The position numbers and the translations under genes were made by a program. The notes beneath the pieces were generated by a model. The model had not been told where the DNA came from. It worked only from the letters and a program-made list of their open reading frames with translations, and did no database searches. A DNA stretch of 64,000 bases from a virus: the IMG/VR virus record IMGVR_UViG_3300042402_003577, positions 41,850 through 105,849 of that record; one strand, written 5' to 3'. Positions within the stretch are counted from its first letter, which is position 1. Each line of letters opens with the position of its first letter. This document shows positions 46,363-55,473 of this stretch, one piece after another.

Positions 46363-48393
46363 ATGGCAAACTACATAATCACAAAAAATAAACTTTTCTT
46401 TGAGAAAATAGGGGAGTACAATTACTGTAATCTTGAAGATATGCAACTCACTGAGATAATAGCTGTAGATACAGAGACCACTTCTCTATCTGCATTTGAA
46501 GGGGAAATATTTGCAATACAAATTGGGACAGGATCAAATAATTATCTAATTGATCTTCAGAATCACAAAAAAAATAAAATATTCTTAGAAGAAGTTGTTC
46601 CTTATATTTTAGAAAAGGTTATGGTATTCCATAATAGTGCATTCGATTTGAGTTTCTTCTTTATAAAGAATTACTTTCCAAAAAGAGTGGGAGACACAAT
46701 GTTGGCATCTATGATTTTACACAATGGAGAATTTGGAGTTTCACATTCTTTTAAAAATTGTATGGAAAGAGAGCTTGGTATTATATACGACAAAACAGAG
46801 CAAGCTAATATATCTAAGGTTCAGCTATCCCAGCCTTCAACAATTGAATATTGCTTTAATGATGTTGATAGACTGTTGGATTTACATAATAATTTAGTAC
46901 TTAAACTCAAGGAGTATGAAGCCATAGATTCTTATAAATTACATTGTAGACATATCAGGGCCCTTACATACATGGAGCTATGTGGCCTTCCAATATCAAA
47001 GGATAGATGGAAATTAAAAATGGATAGAGATTACTCTCAATACAAAAAATGTGAAAGAGAAATTATTGATTATATTTTTGACAATATGCCCCAATATAGA
47101 GATTTACAATTAGATATGTTTAGCGATGAAAAGAAAATAAATTGTCTACTAAGTTCTCCTAAACAAATGATAAATGTATTTAAAGACTTAGGTATAAAGG
47201 TAACTTATAAAGAAAAAGGAGAGATAAAAGAAAGCTTAGAAAAAGGAGTTATATCTAAGTCCGACCATGAGTTTGTAAAAATTTGGCTTAAATATAAGGA
47301 AGTTGAGCACAATGTAACCACTTTTGGGGAGGGTATTTATTCTAAAATAAGAGATGGAAGAGTCTATACACATTTCAAGCCTATTATAGATACGGCAAGA
47401 ATTGCTTCTAGAAAAGGAGAGATCAATTTTTTAAACTTTCCCGCCAACAAAGAAACAAGAGAATGCTTTGAAGCAAATGAAGGATTTGACATTATCGTAG
47501 CTGACTATGCAGGACAAGAAACAGTTGTTGGTGCCGACATTACAGGAGATAAAGCCATGATTGCTTCCATAGTGGAAGGGAAAGACCTACACTGTGCTTT
47601 TGCCAGAGTACTCTACCCAGAATTGGCGGACCTTTCTGATGAAGAAATTATAAAAGATCATAAAGCTAAACGTAATGCCTCTAAGGCCCCGCGATTTTGT
47701 TTTCAGTTTGGAGGTACAGGATTTACTTTAGCAGAGAATGAAGGGCTTTCCTTGGAAGAAGGAGAACGTATTGAAAAATTATTTAAAGAACTTCATTATG
47801 GGGTTTATTACTACGGGGAGACTAAACTTCAGGAAGCCTTAGAACTAGGGTATATTCAATATGCAATGGGCTTTAAATTAAAGCTACCAATGTTTGATAT
47901 TTTCAAAGAAAAAGATGATAAGATTTCAAATTTAGATAGAAATTTTTGGAATAAATATCGTATGGGAAAGCAAGAACATTTAAGATGCGAGAAAGCTAAG
48001 GAAAGAGGCAAGGTATATGCTATAGCAGATATGGAGGCATATAATTGCTTTAATGCCAATAAACTTATGATGAAAGACTATTTCAGCTTAAAGTCTCAGT
48101 ATATGAGATTATGCTTAAATGCACCTACACAAGGAACTGCGGCCCATCAAACTAAAATGGCTACAGTATTGTTATTTAATGAAATTGAAAAAAACAATGA
48201 CTATTGGAAAGCAAGGATAGCAAATGTAATACATGATGAGATAGTTCTGGAGACTGAAACACCCCTGTCAGAAAAATATGCTAGAATACTAGAAAAAAGT
48301 ATGATAGAGGGAGGTAATATATTTCTAAATAATCCTGTATTATTTATGAGTGCGGAAGCCAATATTGGAAAATCATGGTATGAATCCAAATAA
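46363..48393 (+). CDS. polA: DNA polymerase family A with 3'-5' exonuclease
   Basis: DTET, HNSAFD, Y...DV, ADYAGQE (motif A), R...K...F...FG (motif B) and IHDE (motif C). Confidence 0.93.
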   Translation: MANYIITKNKLFFEKIGEYNYCNLEDMQLTEIIAVDTETTSLSAFEGEIFAIQIGTGSNNYLIDLQNHKKNKIFLEEVVPYILEKVMVFHNSAFDLSFFFIKNYFPKRVGDTMLASMILHNGEFGVSHSFKNCMERELGIIYDKTEQANISKVQLSQPSTIEYCFNDVDRLLDLHNNLVLKLKEYEAIDSYKLHCRHIRALTYMELCGLPISKDRWKLKMDRDYSQYKKCEREIIDYIFDNMPQYRDLQLDMFSDEKKINCLLSSPKQMINVFKDLGIKVTYKEKGEIKESLEKGVISKSDHEFVKIWLKYKEVEHNVTTFGEGIYSKIRDGRVYTHFKPIIDTARIASRKGEINFLNFPANKETRECFEANEGFDIIVADYAGQETVVGADITGDKAMIASIVEGKDLHCAFARVLYPELADLSDEEIIKDHKAKRNASKAPRFCFQFGGTGFTLAENEGLSLEEGERIEKLFKELHYGVYYYGETKLQEALELGYIQYAMGFKLKLPMFDIFKEKDDKISNLDRNFWNKYRMGKQEHLRCEKAKERGKVYAIADMEAYNCFNANKLMMKDYFSLKSQYMRLCLNAPTQGTAAHQTKMATVLLFNEIEKNNDYWKARIANVIHDEIVLETETPLSEKYARILEKSMIEGGNIFLNNPVLFMSAEANIGKSWYESK

Positions 48394-48408
48394 ATTAAAC
48401 TTAAAGTT

Positions 48409-48831
48409 ATGAGAAGAAAAACAGTAAAAAAATCAGACACTCCTACTCCTAGGAAGAAGAAAAAAGTAGTAAACCCCAGAGTAGTAAGAGAATATTGCGG
48501 AGGCACAATGACTAAAGCGGCCTTCTTTGGGGCCATAAGAGCTTTTTTAAGACAAAGATGGTTATATTCTTGTCCTTTTAGAAAAGAGATACTTAAAAGA
48601 GCTTATTCTGCCTTATTAAAAAAATGGCAATGCAATGATTGTAAAAAAATGTTCTTAAAGAAAGAGGTGGAAGTTAACCACATTGAACCCTGTGGTAGCT
48701 TGAGAGATTACCACGAAATAAAAGCATTTCACGACAGGTTATTTGTAGAGGATATAAGTAAGCTAGAGGTGCTTTGTAAAGATTGTCACAAAAAATTTAC
48801 AGAAAAAAATAAAATAACTATTGACATTTAA
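48409..48831 (+). CDS. HNH endonuclease
   Basis: C..C...EVNHI.P...L.VLCKDCH. Confidence 0.8.
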   Translation: MRRKTVKKSDTPTPRKKKKVVNPRVVREYCGGTMTKAAFFGAIRAFLRQRWLYSCPFRKEILKRAYSALLKKWQCNDCKKMFLKKEVEVNHIEPCGSLRDYHEIKAFHDRLFVEDISKLEVLCKDCHKKFTEKNKITIDI

Positions 48832-48877
48832 TAAAAATGTATTAATTTTGCATCAGATTAAAAAACAAAGGGAAAAT

Positions 48878-49372
48878 ATGAATTACGAAGAAATGGGAAA
48901 ATTAGTTATTAATCTTCCCCAACTAAAAATTATCCAATCTTTAATAAAGAAAGGGTTTATTAGAAGTTTACATACTGAAAAATTAGATAATACTGATCCT
49001 TCAAATTTTGAAATAACAGAGTTTGGTAAAGCTATTCTTAATGGAGAAAAATATCAAACTCTTGTTTCTGAAGAATTCTTAGAGGAATATATGAGATTGT
49101 TTAGTAAACAAAATTTACAAGGAATAAATAAAAAAGCCTTTAGTCCTAAAAATAAAGTTTTATCTAAGTTAGAATCTTTTATGAGAAAATATAAAGTTTC
49201 TAGTAGTGAAATACTTCAAGCGGTTGATTACTATCATCAAAATGCAGACGATATTCGTTATACATTAGATGCCCAGTATTTTATTGAAAAAGACGGAGGA
49301 AGTTTATTGATAGATACTATTAATGAAATGAAAGAAGGAATATTTAGTAACCAAGATAAACTCGTATTTTAA
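48878..49372 (+). CDS. Hypothetical replication-associated protein
   Basis: ATG at 48878 after TAATTTTG (48843). Coupled to the helicase gene. Confidence 0.5.
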   Translation: MNYEEMGKLVINLPQLKIIQSLIKKGFIRSLHTEKLDNTDPSNFEITEFGKAILNGEKYQTLVSEEFLEEYMRLFSKQNLQGINKKAFSPKNKVLSKLESFMRKYKVSSSEILQAVDYYHQNADDIRYTLDAQYFIEKDGGSLLIDTINEMKEGIFSNQDKLVF

Positions 49373-50496
49373 TGGATATTGTAAAAGTAATAGAAGAAAG
49401 CAGGGATTCATTAATACAAGGACATATTAATTCTATTCCTATGCCATTCAACGGCACAAGAAAAGCATTTAGTGGTATATTTCCAGGTGCTATGGTTTGT
49501 ATTACCGCTGAAACATCTGTGGGTAAAACGTCTTTGGCAAAGTATATATATTTATTTAGTGTTGCGGATTATATTTTAGACGATCCTTCTTTTAAGTATT
49601 TTAACTATAAATGTCTATGGTTTGGTTTAGAAGAATCCGAGGAAGAATTTCATATCAGTATCCTTCAATATGCAATTGCTAAATACTACCATAAAAATTG
49701 CACACAGGATGAACTATTGAGCAGAATAGATCCTATTTCAGAAGAAATAATTTCTATGATAAAATCAGATCCTGTTCAAAAATACTTCAACACTGTAAAG
49801 GATTTTACTAAATTTGACGATCATACTGGACATGCTACAGGTATTTATAAAACTTGCCAAGAATATTCAAAAGAAATAGGAGAGCACCATTATAAAGAAA
49901 AAGAAATTAGTGGAGGAAAAAAAATTAATGTTTATAGCCATTACACGCAAAATGATCCTAATGCAATAGTGACAATAGTTATAGATAACGTAAACATTTT
50001 GGAATTAGAAAAAAATGAGCTAGGAATGTCTCTTGACCTTTCAGGATGTATAGATAGACTTGTAAATACCTACATGAGAAAACAAGTTTCAAAGCATTGG
50101 AAATGGCATGTATGCTGTGTACAACAACAGCAAATGGCCGCAGGAGATTTGAATCACTTTAAAGCAGGCAAGCTTGAACCAGAACCACAGAAGCTAGGAG
50201 ATAATATCAAAGTGGCAAGATCTTACCAAGTTATAATAGGTTTGTTTTCTCCATATAAACATAAGATGACAAATTACTATAAGTATCAGATTTTAAACTC
50301 TGACAGAACTGACGGATTTGAAGAATGCTTTAGAACTATTCACATTTGTAAAAACAGATTTGGTAGAACAGGAGTTGCAGAACCTCTATTCTTCAACCCC
50401 AAAGGCTTTAGTTTTTTTAGTATGCCAAAACATGATGACACCCAAAATTTAAACCAATTATTAACCTATAAAAAAACAATTTTAAAAGATGAGTAA
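49372..50496 (+). CDS. DnaB-like replicative helicase
   Basis: AETSVGKT, FGLEES, VIDN, QQQ and KNRFG. Confidence 0.8.
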   Translation: MDIVKVIEESRDSLIQGHINSIPMPFNGTRKAFSGIFPGAMVCITAETSVGKTSLAKYIYLFSVADYILDDPSFKYFNYKCLWFGLEESEEEFHISILQYAIAKYYHKNCTQDELLSRIDPISEEIISMIKSDPVQKYFNTVKDFTKFDDHTGHATGIYKTCQEYSKEIGEHHYKEKEISGGKKINVYSHYTQNDPNAIVTIVIDNVNILELEKNELGMSLDLSGCIDRLVNTYMRKQVSKHWKWHVCCVQQQQMAAGDLNHFKAGKLEPEPQKLGDNIKVARSYQVIIGLFSPYKHKMTNYYKYQILNSDRTDGFEECFRTIHICKNRFGRTGVAEPLFFNPKGFSFFSMPKHDDTQNLNQLLTYKKTILKDE

Positions 50497-51220
50497 TTTA
50501 ACATTGCCAACACAAAAGATTCCAGCATCAGTTGTGAATCCAAGAACAATGGTTATTTTTAGCCAGAAAAAGACAGGGAAAACCCATGCACTCAGTGAGT
50601 TGGAGGGTAATCTCATTATTAACTTCGAGCATGGTGCCGATTTCTATGAATCCATGAGGATTAACATAGACTCATTGCAACAGTTTGATGAATTAGCCCA
50701 GCTTTTCCACAAAGAAAAGCCTCATTACAAGTTTATTACACTTGATACGGTTACTTCTTTGAAAGAGAAACTATTGAATCAATTAGCAGTGAGAACCTAT
50801 AACAAAGATACAGGCAAAAGTGAGGCCGCTGACTTTGATATTGATAGATTGGAGTATGGAAAGGGCCAAGTATATAAAAGAGAAGCCTTGTTTAAAATCA
50901 TGGAGTTCTTTACAAGATTTTGCGATACGCTTATTATTGTAGGACACGTTGCAGATAAGTCAATATCTACTTCAGGACAAACAATTAAAGAATTGAACCT
51001 TGAAGGTAAGTTGAAAGATTTACTTGCTCTAAGAGTAGATGCAATTGGTTACATGTATAGAAATACAGAAAAACCTAATATAAATATGCTTTCATTTATC
51101 CACTCTGAAGAAATTGTAGGAGGAACAAGATGTAAGCATCTTAGAAATAAGGAATTTGAAATCTCAGAACTTATCAACGATGATAAACTAGAGACACATT
51201 GGGAAAAGATTTTTATTTAA
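50489..51220 (+). CDS. AAA_24/Sak4-like ATPase
   Basis: SQKKTGKT, LDTVT, YGKG and IVGH. Confidence 0.8.
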   Translation: MSNLTLPTQKIPASVVNPRTMVIFSQKKTGKTHALSELEGNLIINFEHGADFYESMRINIDSLQQFDELAQLFHKEKPHYKFITLDTVTSLKEKLLNQLAVRTYNKDTGKSEAADFDIDRLEYGKGQVYKREALFKIMEFFTRFCDTLIIVGHVADKSISTSGQTIKELNLEGKLKDLLALRVDAIGYMYRNTEKPNINMLSFIHSEEIVGGTRCKHLRNKEFEISELINDDKLETHWEKIFI

Positions 51221-51264
51221 TAACACACACAAACAATATTTTTTAATTTTTAAAACAATTTAAC

Positions 51265-52113
51265 ATGAACAGTAATGTCAAAATTTCAACTGGCGGAGGT
51301 GCCAAAAAATTATTCTACGGAGTATCTACCTTTATTCCTAGTATGATTAACCCAAACAAATCTACCCTATCTGAATTCTTAGGTAGAGATTTGGAAAAAG
51401 AACCTGAATATCTAACTACAAAAGATTTAGATGGAAAACAAGTGAGAGTATTAAAGCTTGATATTTGGGGAACTCTTCCACAAGCCGAAAACACAAAAAC
51501 AAAGATTACATTTTGGTTAGAAGCTAGACACGATATTTCAAGAAGTGGAAAGCAAAAATACATTAATGGCCAAGGTCTTACTTCCTACAATGAAGATCCT
51601 TCCGTTATGAATAAAAACAAAATGTGGTACTACGGGGAAAACCAAAGAAAAGCTATGGTTGGGGAAGACACTGTAGTGGATTTTTTCATCAACTTGAAAA
51701 ACTGGGAAACTGATTTGTCAAAATACACTATGAGAGATGGAGATGTTCCAAGTATTTTCCTCCCATTAGAGAAATTGTTTAAGCAAGATTATTCTGACAT
51801 CAATCCTTTATTTGAAGAGGGAAGAGGAATAAGAGTTTATGTAGGTATTCGTTCAAGTGAAAGCAACGGAAAAACATATTATGATATGGATATTTACACA
51901 AAGGCTTTCATAAAAGATTACCCAGGAGCTAAAAACTTTGATAAAATTATCAATGCTCTAAAAGGAGAGTATTCTTCTTTCAAAAAGAATATCGCCCCTA
52001 TTACAGCTAATTTCTTAGAGTTTGACCCAAATGAATTAATGTCAGAAGAGGCAGATATGACAATGACTTCTGCTTCAAATGACATGGGATTTTCAGATGA
52101 CCTTCCATTTTAA
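51265..52113 (+). CDS. Putative single-stranded DNA-binding protein
   Basis: Acidic C-terminal DDLPF tail, located between the Sak4-like gene and primase. Confidence 0.65.
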   Translation: MNSNVKISTGGGAKKLFYGVSTFIPSMINPNKSTLSEFLGRDLEKEPEYLTTKDLDGKQVRVLKLDIWGTLPQAENTKTKITFWLEARHDISRSGKQKYINGQGLTSYNEDPSVMNKNKMWYYGENQRKAMVGEDTVVDFFINLKNWETDLSKYTMRDGDVPSIFLPLEKLFKQDYSDINPLFEEGRGIRVYVGIRSSESNGKTYYDMDIYTKAFIKDYPGAKNFDKIINALKGEYSSFKKNIAPITANFLEFDPNELMSEEADMTMTSASNDMGFSDDLPF

Positions 52114-52122
52114 TCAATAATT

Positions 52123-53127
52123 ATGTTCACTTTAGATCAACAGAGCGATATATGGAGAAACTATTTTGGAAGTTGGGAAGCCAAGGGCACCTATAGTAAT
52201 CCTTTAAGATCAGACAAATCACCAAAATGCTATTTTAAGGTTATTAATGATAAGATTTTATTCATAGATTGGGCCAATCATCCTACACATTCTGACTGCA
52301 TTTCTTTTGTATCGCAAAAGTATAACTTAACTAATAAAGAAGCTATTACAAAAATAAATTATGATTTAAAGTACACTAATAGAGTGAAAGGAGGGTTTTC
52401 AGGAGAAAACAAAGGGGTGGCAGTAACACCCCTTTCTTCTTCTCCCGCTATCAATACATACACTCAACAAGTAGAAGAGAAGATAAATTATTCTGTAATA
52501 AAGAAACCCTTCTTTGCAAAGGAAGATATTAACTACTGGAAAAAATTTGGTATAACAGAGGCTATATTAAAAAAATATGATGTATGTCCTGTAAAATTCG
52601 TTTTAAGAAATGGAATATTAAACTATTCTAGTAGCGAGTATAATCCTATATTTGGTTACTACCAACACAATCAACTTTTTAAAGTGTATAATCCCATAGG
52701 GCTTCCTATGCAAAAGTGGAGAACAATTAAAGCAGTGCTAGAGGGGTTCCCTCAACTTGAATATAAAACAAATGTATGCTTTATCACTTCTTCTTTAAAG
52801 GACACTATGTGCTTAGATTCTTTAGGATATGATGCGTTTAATCTGCCTTCAGAAAACAGTTACAAAATATTGCTACCTATAATTGACGAATTATTTAGTA
52901 AGTTTGATCAGGTTTATGTATATTTGAACAATGATGAAGCTGGCAAGAAATTCTCGAGACTATTGACTTTAGAAATTGATAACAGATTAAAGTATATTAA
53001 CAATCCTTCCGATTGGAGGCAAACAGATCCTTCTGATGTTATAAAAGAGTTAGGAGTTGAGCCTTTAAGAGAAGTTATAAAAGAAAAATTTTCAAGAGAC
53101 AATGTTATTTTAATAAATAAAAATTAA
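52123..53127 (+). CDS. DNA primase (Toprim)
   Basis: NPLR.D..P, ITSSLKD.M, SEN, NNDEAG and DPSD. Confidence 0.85.
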   Translation: MFTLDQQSDIWRNYFGSWEAKGTYSNPLRSDKSPKCYFKVINDKILFIDWANHPTHSDCISFVSQKYNLTNKEAITKINYDLKYTNRVKGGFSGENKGVAVTPLSSSPAINTYTQQVEEKINYSVIKKPFFAKEDINYWKKFGITEAILKKYDVCPVKFVLRNGILNYSSSEYNPIFGYYQHNQLFKVYNPIGLPMQKWRTIKAVLEGFPQLEYKTNVCFITSSLKDTMCLDSLGYDAFNLPSENSYKILLPIIDELFSKFDQVYVYLNNDEAGKKFSRLLTLEIDNRLKYINNPSDWRQTDPSDVIKELGVEPLREVIKEKFSRDNVILINKN

Positions 53128-53132
53128 TAAAA

Positions 53133-53582
53133 ATGATAGTAAAAATAAAAAAATTAAATGAACTTGCAGTAATACCTTCTTACGGAAAACCAGGTGATGC
53201 TGGAATGGACCTGACTTGCACGGAAGCTCTTTTAGATGCTTCAGGGTGCTATGTTTACAAAACAGGATTAGCTGTAGAAATACCTGAAGGATTTTTTGGT
53301 CTACTGGTGCCAAGATCTTCTGTAGCAAAAAAATCTCTAATACTCACCAATCACGCAGGAATCTTAGATTCAGGGTATAGAGGAGAAATTATGTTTAAAT
53401 ACAAACCTAATTACCAATACTTCTTACAAAGCGAAGAAATAAAAAATGAACAAATTTATTTAAAGGGCGAGAGAGTGGGACAATTAATAATTATGCCTTA
53501 CCCTGAAGTGGAGTGGGAAGTTGTTGATGAACTTTCTGATTCTGATAGAGGAGCTGGTGGCTATGGCAGTACGGGTATTTAA
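53133..53582 (+). CDS. dut: dUTPase
   Basis: AGMDL, PRSS, GILDSGYRGEI, GQL and RGAGGYGSTG. Confidence 0.97.
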   Translation: MIVKIKKLNELAVIPSYGKPGDAGMDLTCTEALLDASGCYVYKTGLAVEIPEGFFGLLVPRSSVAKKSLILTNHAGILDSGYRGEIMFKYKPNYQYFLQSEEIKNEQIYLKGERVGQLIIMPYPEVEWEVVDELSDSDRGAGGYGSTGI

Positions 53583-53600
53583 TAAACTAAAAAATAAATT

Positions 53601-54011
53601 ATGAGCACTATAAGTATAACAAATAGAAATAATTCTTACAAAGAAATTATAAAGGATCTAGGACTAAAACAACAGCAAGTTTTTAATTGCTTAAAAGAAT
53701 CTGGAAATCTGTCTAGTGAAGATATAAAAGAAATCTTAAAACTAAGAGACAAATGCTCTGTAACAGGGAGACTAAAAGAACTGGAAGAAAGATGTCTTAT
53801 TACCGCAGTAGGTAGTAGAGAAGGAAAGACAATGTACTCAATAAATAATGAGGCTACGGCCCTTATTACTAGAAGTAGTAACAAAAAAAATTATGAAAAT
53901 ACATTGGTTGAATTGGAAAAAGACATTCAAAAAGATTTATCTCCTGTAGCTTTGGAGATTATAGGGACTAGAATATCAAAGCTAAAAAAATTAATTACAA
54001 TTGTTTCTTAA
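53601..54011 (+). CDS. Winged-HTH protein
   Basis: QQQVFNCL...SVTGRLKEL...LI. Confidence 0.6.
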   Translation: MSTISITNRNNSYKEIIKDLGLKQQQVFNCLKESGNLSSEDIKEILKLRDKCSVTGRLKELEERCLITAVGSREGKTMYSINNEATALITRSSNKKNYENTLVELEKDIQKDLSPVALEIIGTRISKLKKLITIVS

Positions 54012-54049
54012 AAAATCACTATCTTTACACAAAATTAAAATTATTTATT

Positions 54050-54295
54050 ATGACACTATTTGAATGCACGCTATTATTAACTAACACATTAGCGTTAGCC
54101 ACAATTTATTATCTCCTTAGAGCTAATAAAAAAATTAATAAACAATACAGAGAATTTTTACTAGAATCAATTATTTTCTATGAAGAAACTTTAAGAGAAC
54201 TAGATAAGTTTAAGGCTGCTTTAGATGATTGTGAGAAACCTACCCCAGTTAAACCAAAGGTAAAAAAAGATGCCAAGAAAGCAACCACTAAATAA
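54050..54295 (+). CDS. Small membrane-anchored protein
   Basis: N-terminal TM segment. Confidence 0.5.
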   Translation: MTLFECTLLLTNTLALATIYYLLRANKKINKQYREFLLESIIFYEETLRELDKFKAALDDCEKPTPVKPKVKKDAKKATTK

Positions 54296-54581
54296 GATTG
54301 TAAAAGAATATAAAGACGCTACAAGGCAGGAAATATGGGAAGGAGTTAGAGATAATTTTACTTGGGGTTTTTTGGCCTCTATAATAATAGTTTTTGTTTC
54401 TACTAAATCCGATATTGCTGTCTTGTTGTCTTATATAGTTTATTACACATTTTTAAGTAGAGTTTTAAATAGACCTAAATATATTACCGATTTAGGTAAA
54501 CTAGTAATTTTTCCTTACCCATCTGCGCTAGGTGCTTTTGTGGGATATAAACTTTCTTCTTACCTTTTAACCTTAATTTAA
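54270..54581 (+). CDS. Membrane protein
   Basis: Three hydrophobic segments. Confidence 0.55.
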   Translation: MPRKQPLNKIVKEYKDATRQEIWEGVRDNFTWGFLASIIIVFVSTKSDIAVLLSYIVYYTFLSRVLNRPKYITDLGKLVIFPYPSALGAFVGYKLSSYLLTLI

Positions 54582-54582
54582 A

Positions 54583-55152
54583 ATGATAGACAATTTAGAA
54601 AATATAATTCCTTTATTAGTATTTCAAAATACTAGCTTTTATGAAATACTTATTAAAAAAAATTCTAACAATCAAGTAATTAAACATTACATGATAGATA
54701 ATTTACCAAGTTTACTAACTGATTATAAAGAAATGAAACATATTTCTGATTGTTTAGACGCTAGTGTATATATAAAATTAGGATCTTACTCTAAAGAAAA
54801 ACTAGGGTATAAAATATTAGAAACCCTTTCTAAAAAATTAGAAAAACAAGAATTAGATTACTCTATGTTAGTCCAGGAGTCTATTGATGACCTAAATTCT
54901 AACATAGAAATCTGGGTAGTAAATGTAGATTATAAAAATGTCTCTATTAATGATGTCCTTAGAATTAAAACTGTAATTAATGACTGTGCTCCCAATGGAA
55001 GAAACATTGTAGGAGATATTCCTACCCCAAATGGGGCACATATTATTACAAGGCCCTTTAATACTCAGCAATTTTTAACCTACCAAGATGTATGCTATAA
55101 GGTTGAGATTAAAAAGAACAATCCTACTATTTTATATTCAAATTTAAAATAA
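54583..55152 (+). CDS. Conserved crAss-like hypothetical protein
   Basis: MIDN.E.I..L...IPTPNG.HIIT.PF...K.NPTILY. Confidence 0.55.
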   Translation: MIDNLENIIPLLVFQNTSFYEILIKKNSNNQVIKHYMIDNLPSLLTDYKEMKHISDCLDASVYIKLGSYSKEKLGYKILETLSKKLEKQELDYSMLVQESIDDLNSNIEIWVVNVDYKNVSINDVLRIKTVINDCAPNGRNIVGDIPTPNGAHIITRPFNTQQFLTYQDVCYKVEIKKNNPTILYSNLK

Positions 55153-55159
55153 ACAAATT

Positions 55160-55408
55160 ATGGCAAAGGCAATTATAAAATATGATTTAAGTGATCCTGA
55201 TGATTTTAGAGAGTTTAAACAAAATGCTGCAAGCTCTGCTATGGCATCAGCTTTATTTGAAATAACATATAACGCTGAAAAACGTCTAGAGTTTGAACTT
55301 GAGCAAAAAGAAAATATTGATAAGTATGAGGTATTGCAGCTTGTTTTCGAAAGAATACATAGTATTGTAAGGGAACATAATATTAATGTAGACGAACTTA
55401 ATAATTAA
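55160..55408 (+). CDS. Hypothetical protein
   Basis: 82 aa. Confidence 0.55.
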   Translation: MAKAIIKYDLSDPDDFREFKQNAASSAMASALFEITYNAEKRLEFELEQKENIDKYEVLQLVFERIHSIVREHNINVDELNN

Positions 55409-55439
55409 AATAATCTCAAATAAAATTAAAATTTTTTTA

Positions 55440-55447
55440 TAATTTTG
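55440..55447 (+). promoter_or_regulatory. Bacteroidota-type -7 element upstream of the secreted-protein operon
   Basis: TAATTTTG. Confidence 0.55.
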
Positions 55448-55473
55448 TAGTTACTAAATTACAAATTTATAAA

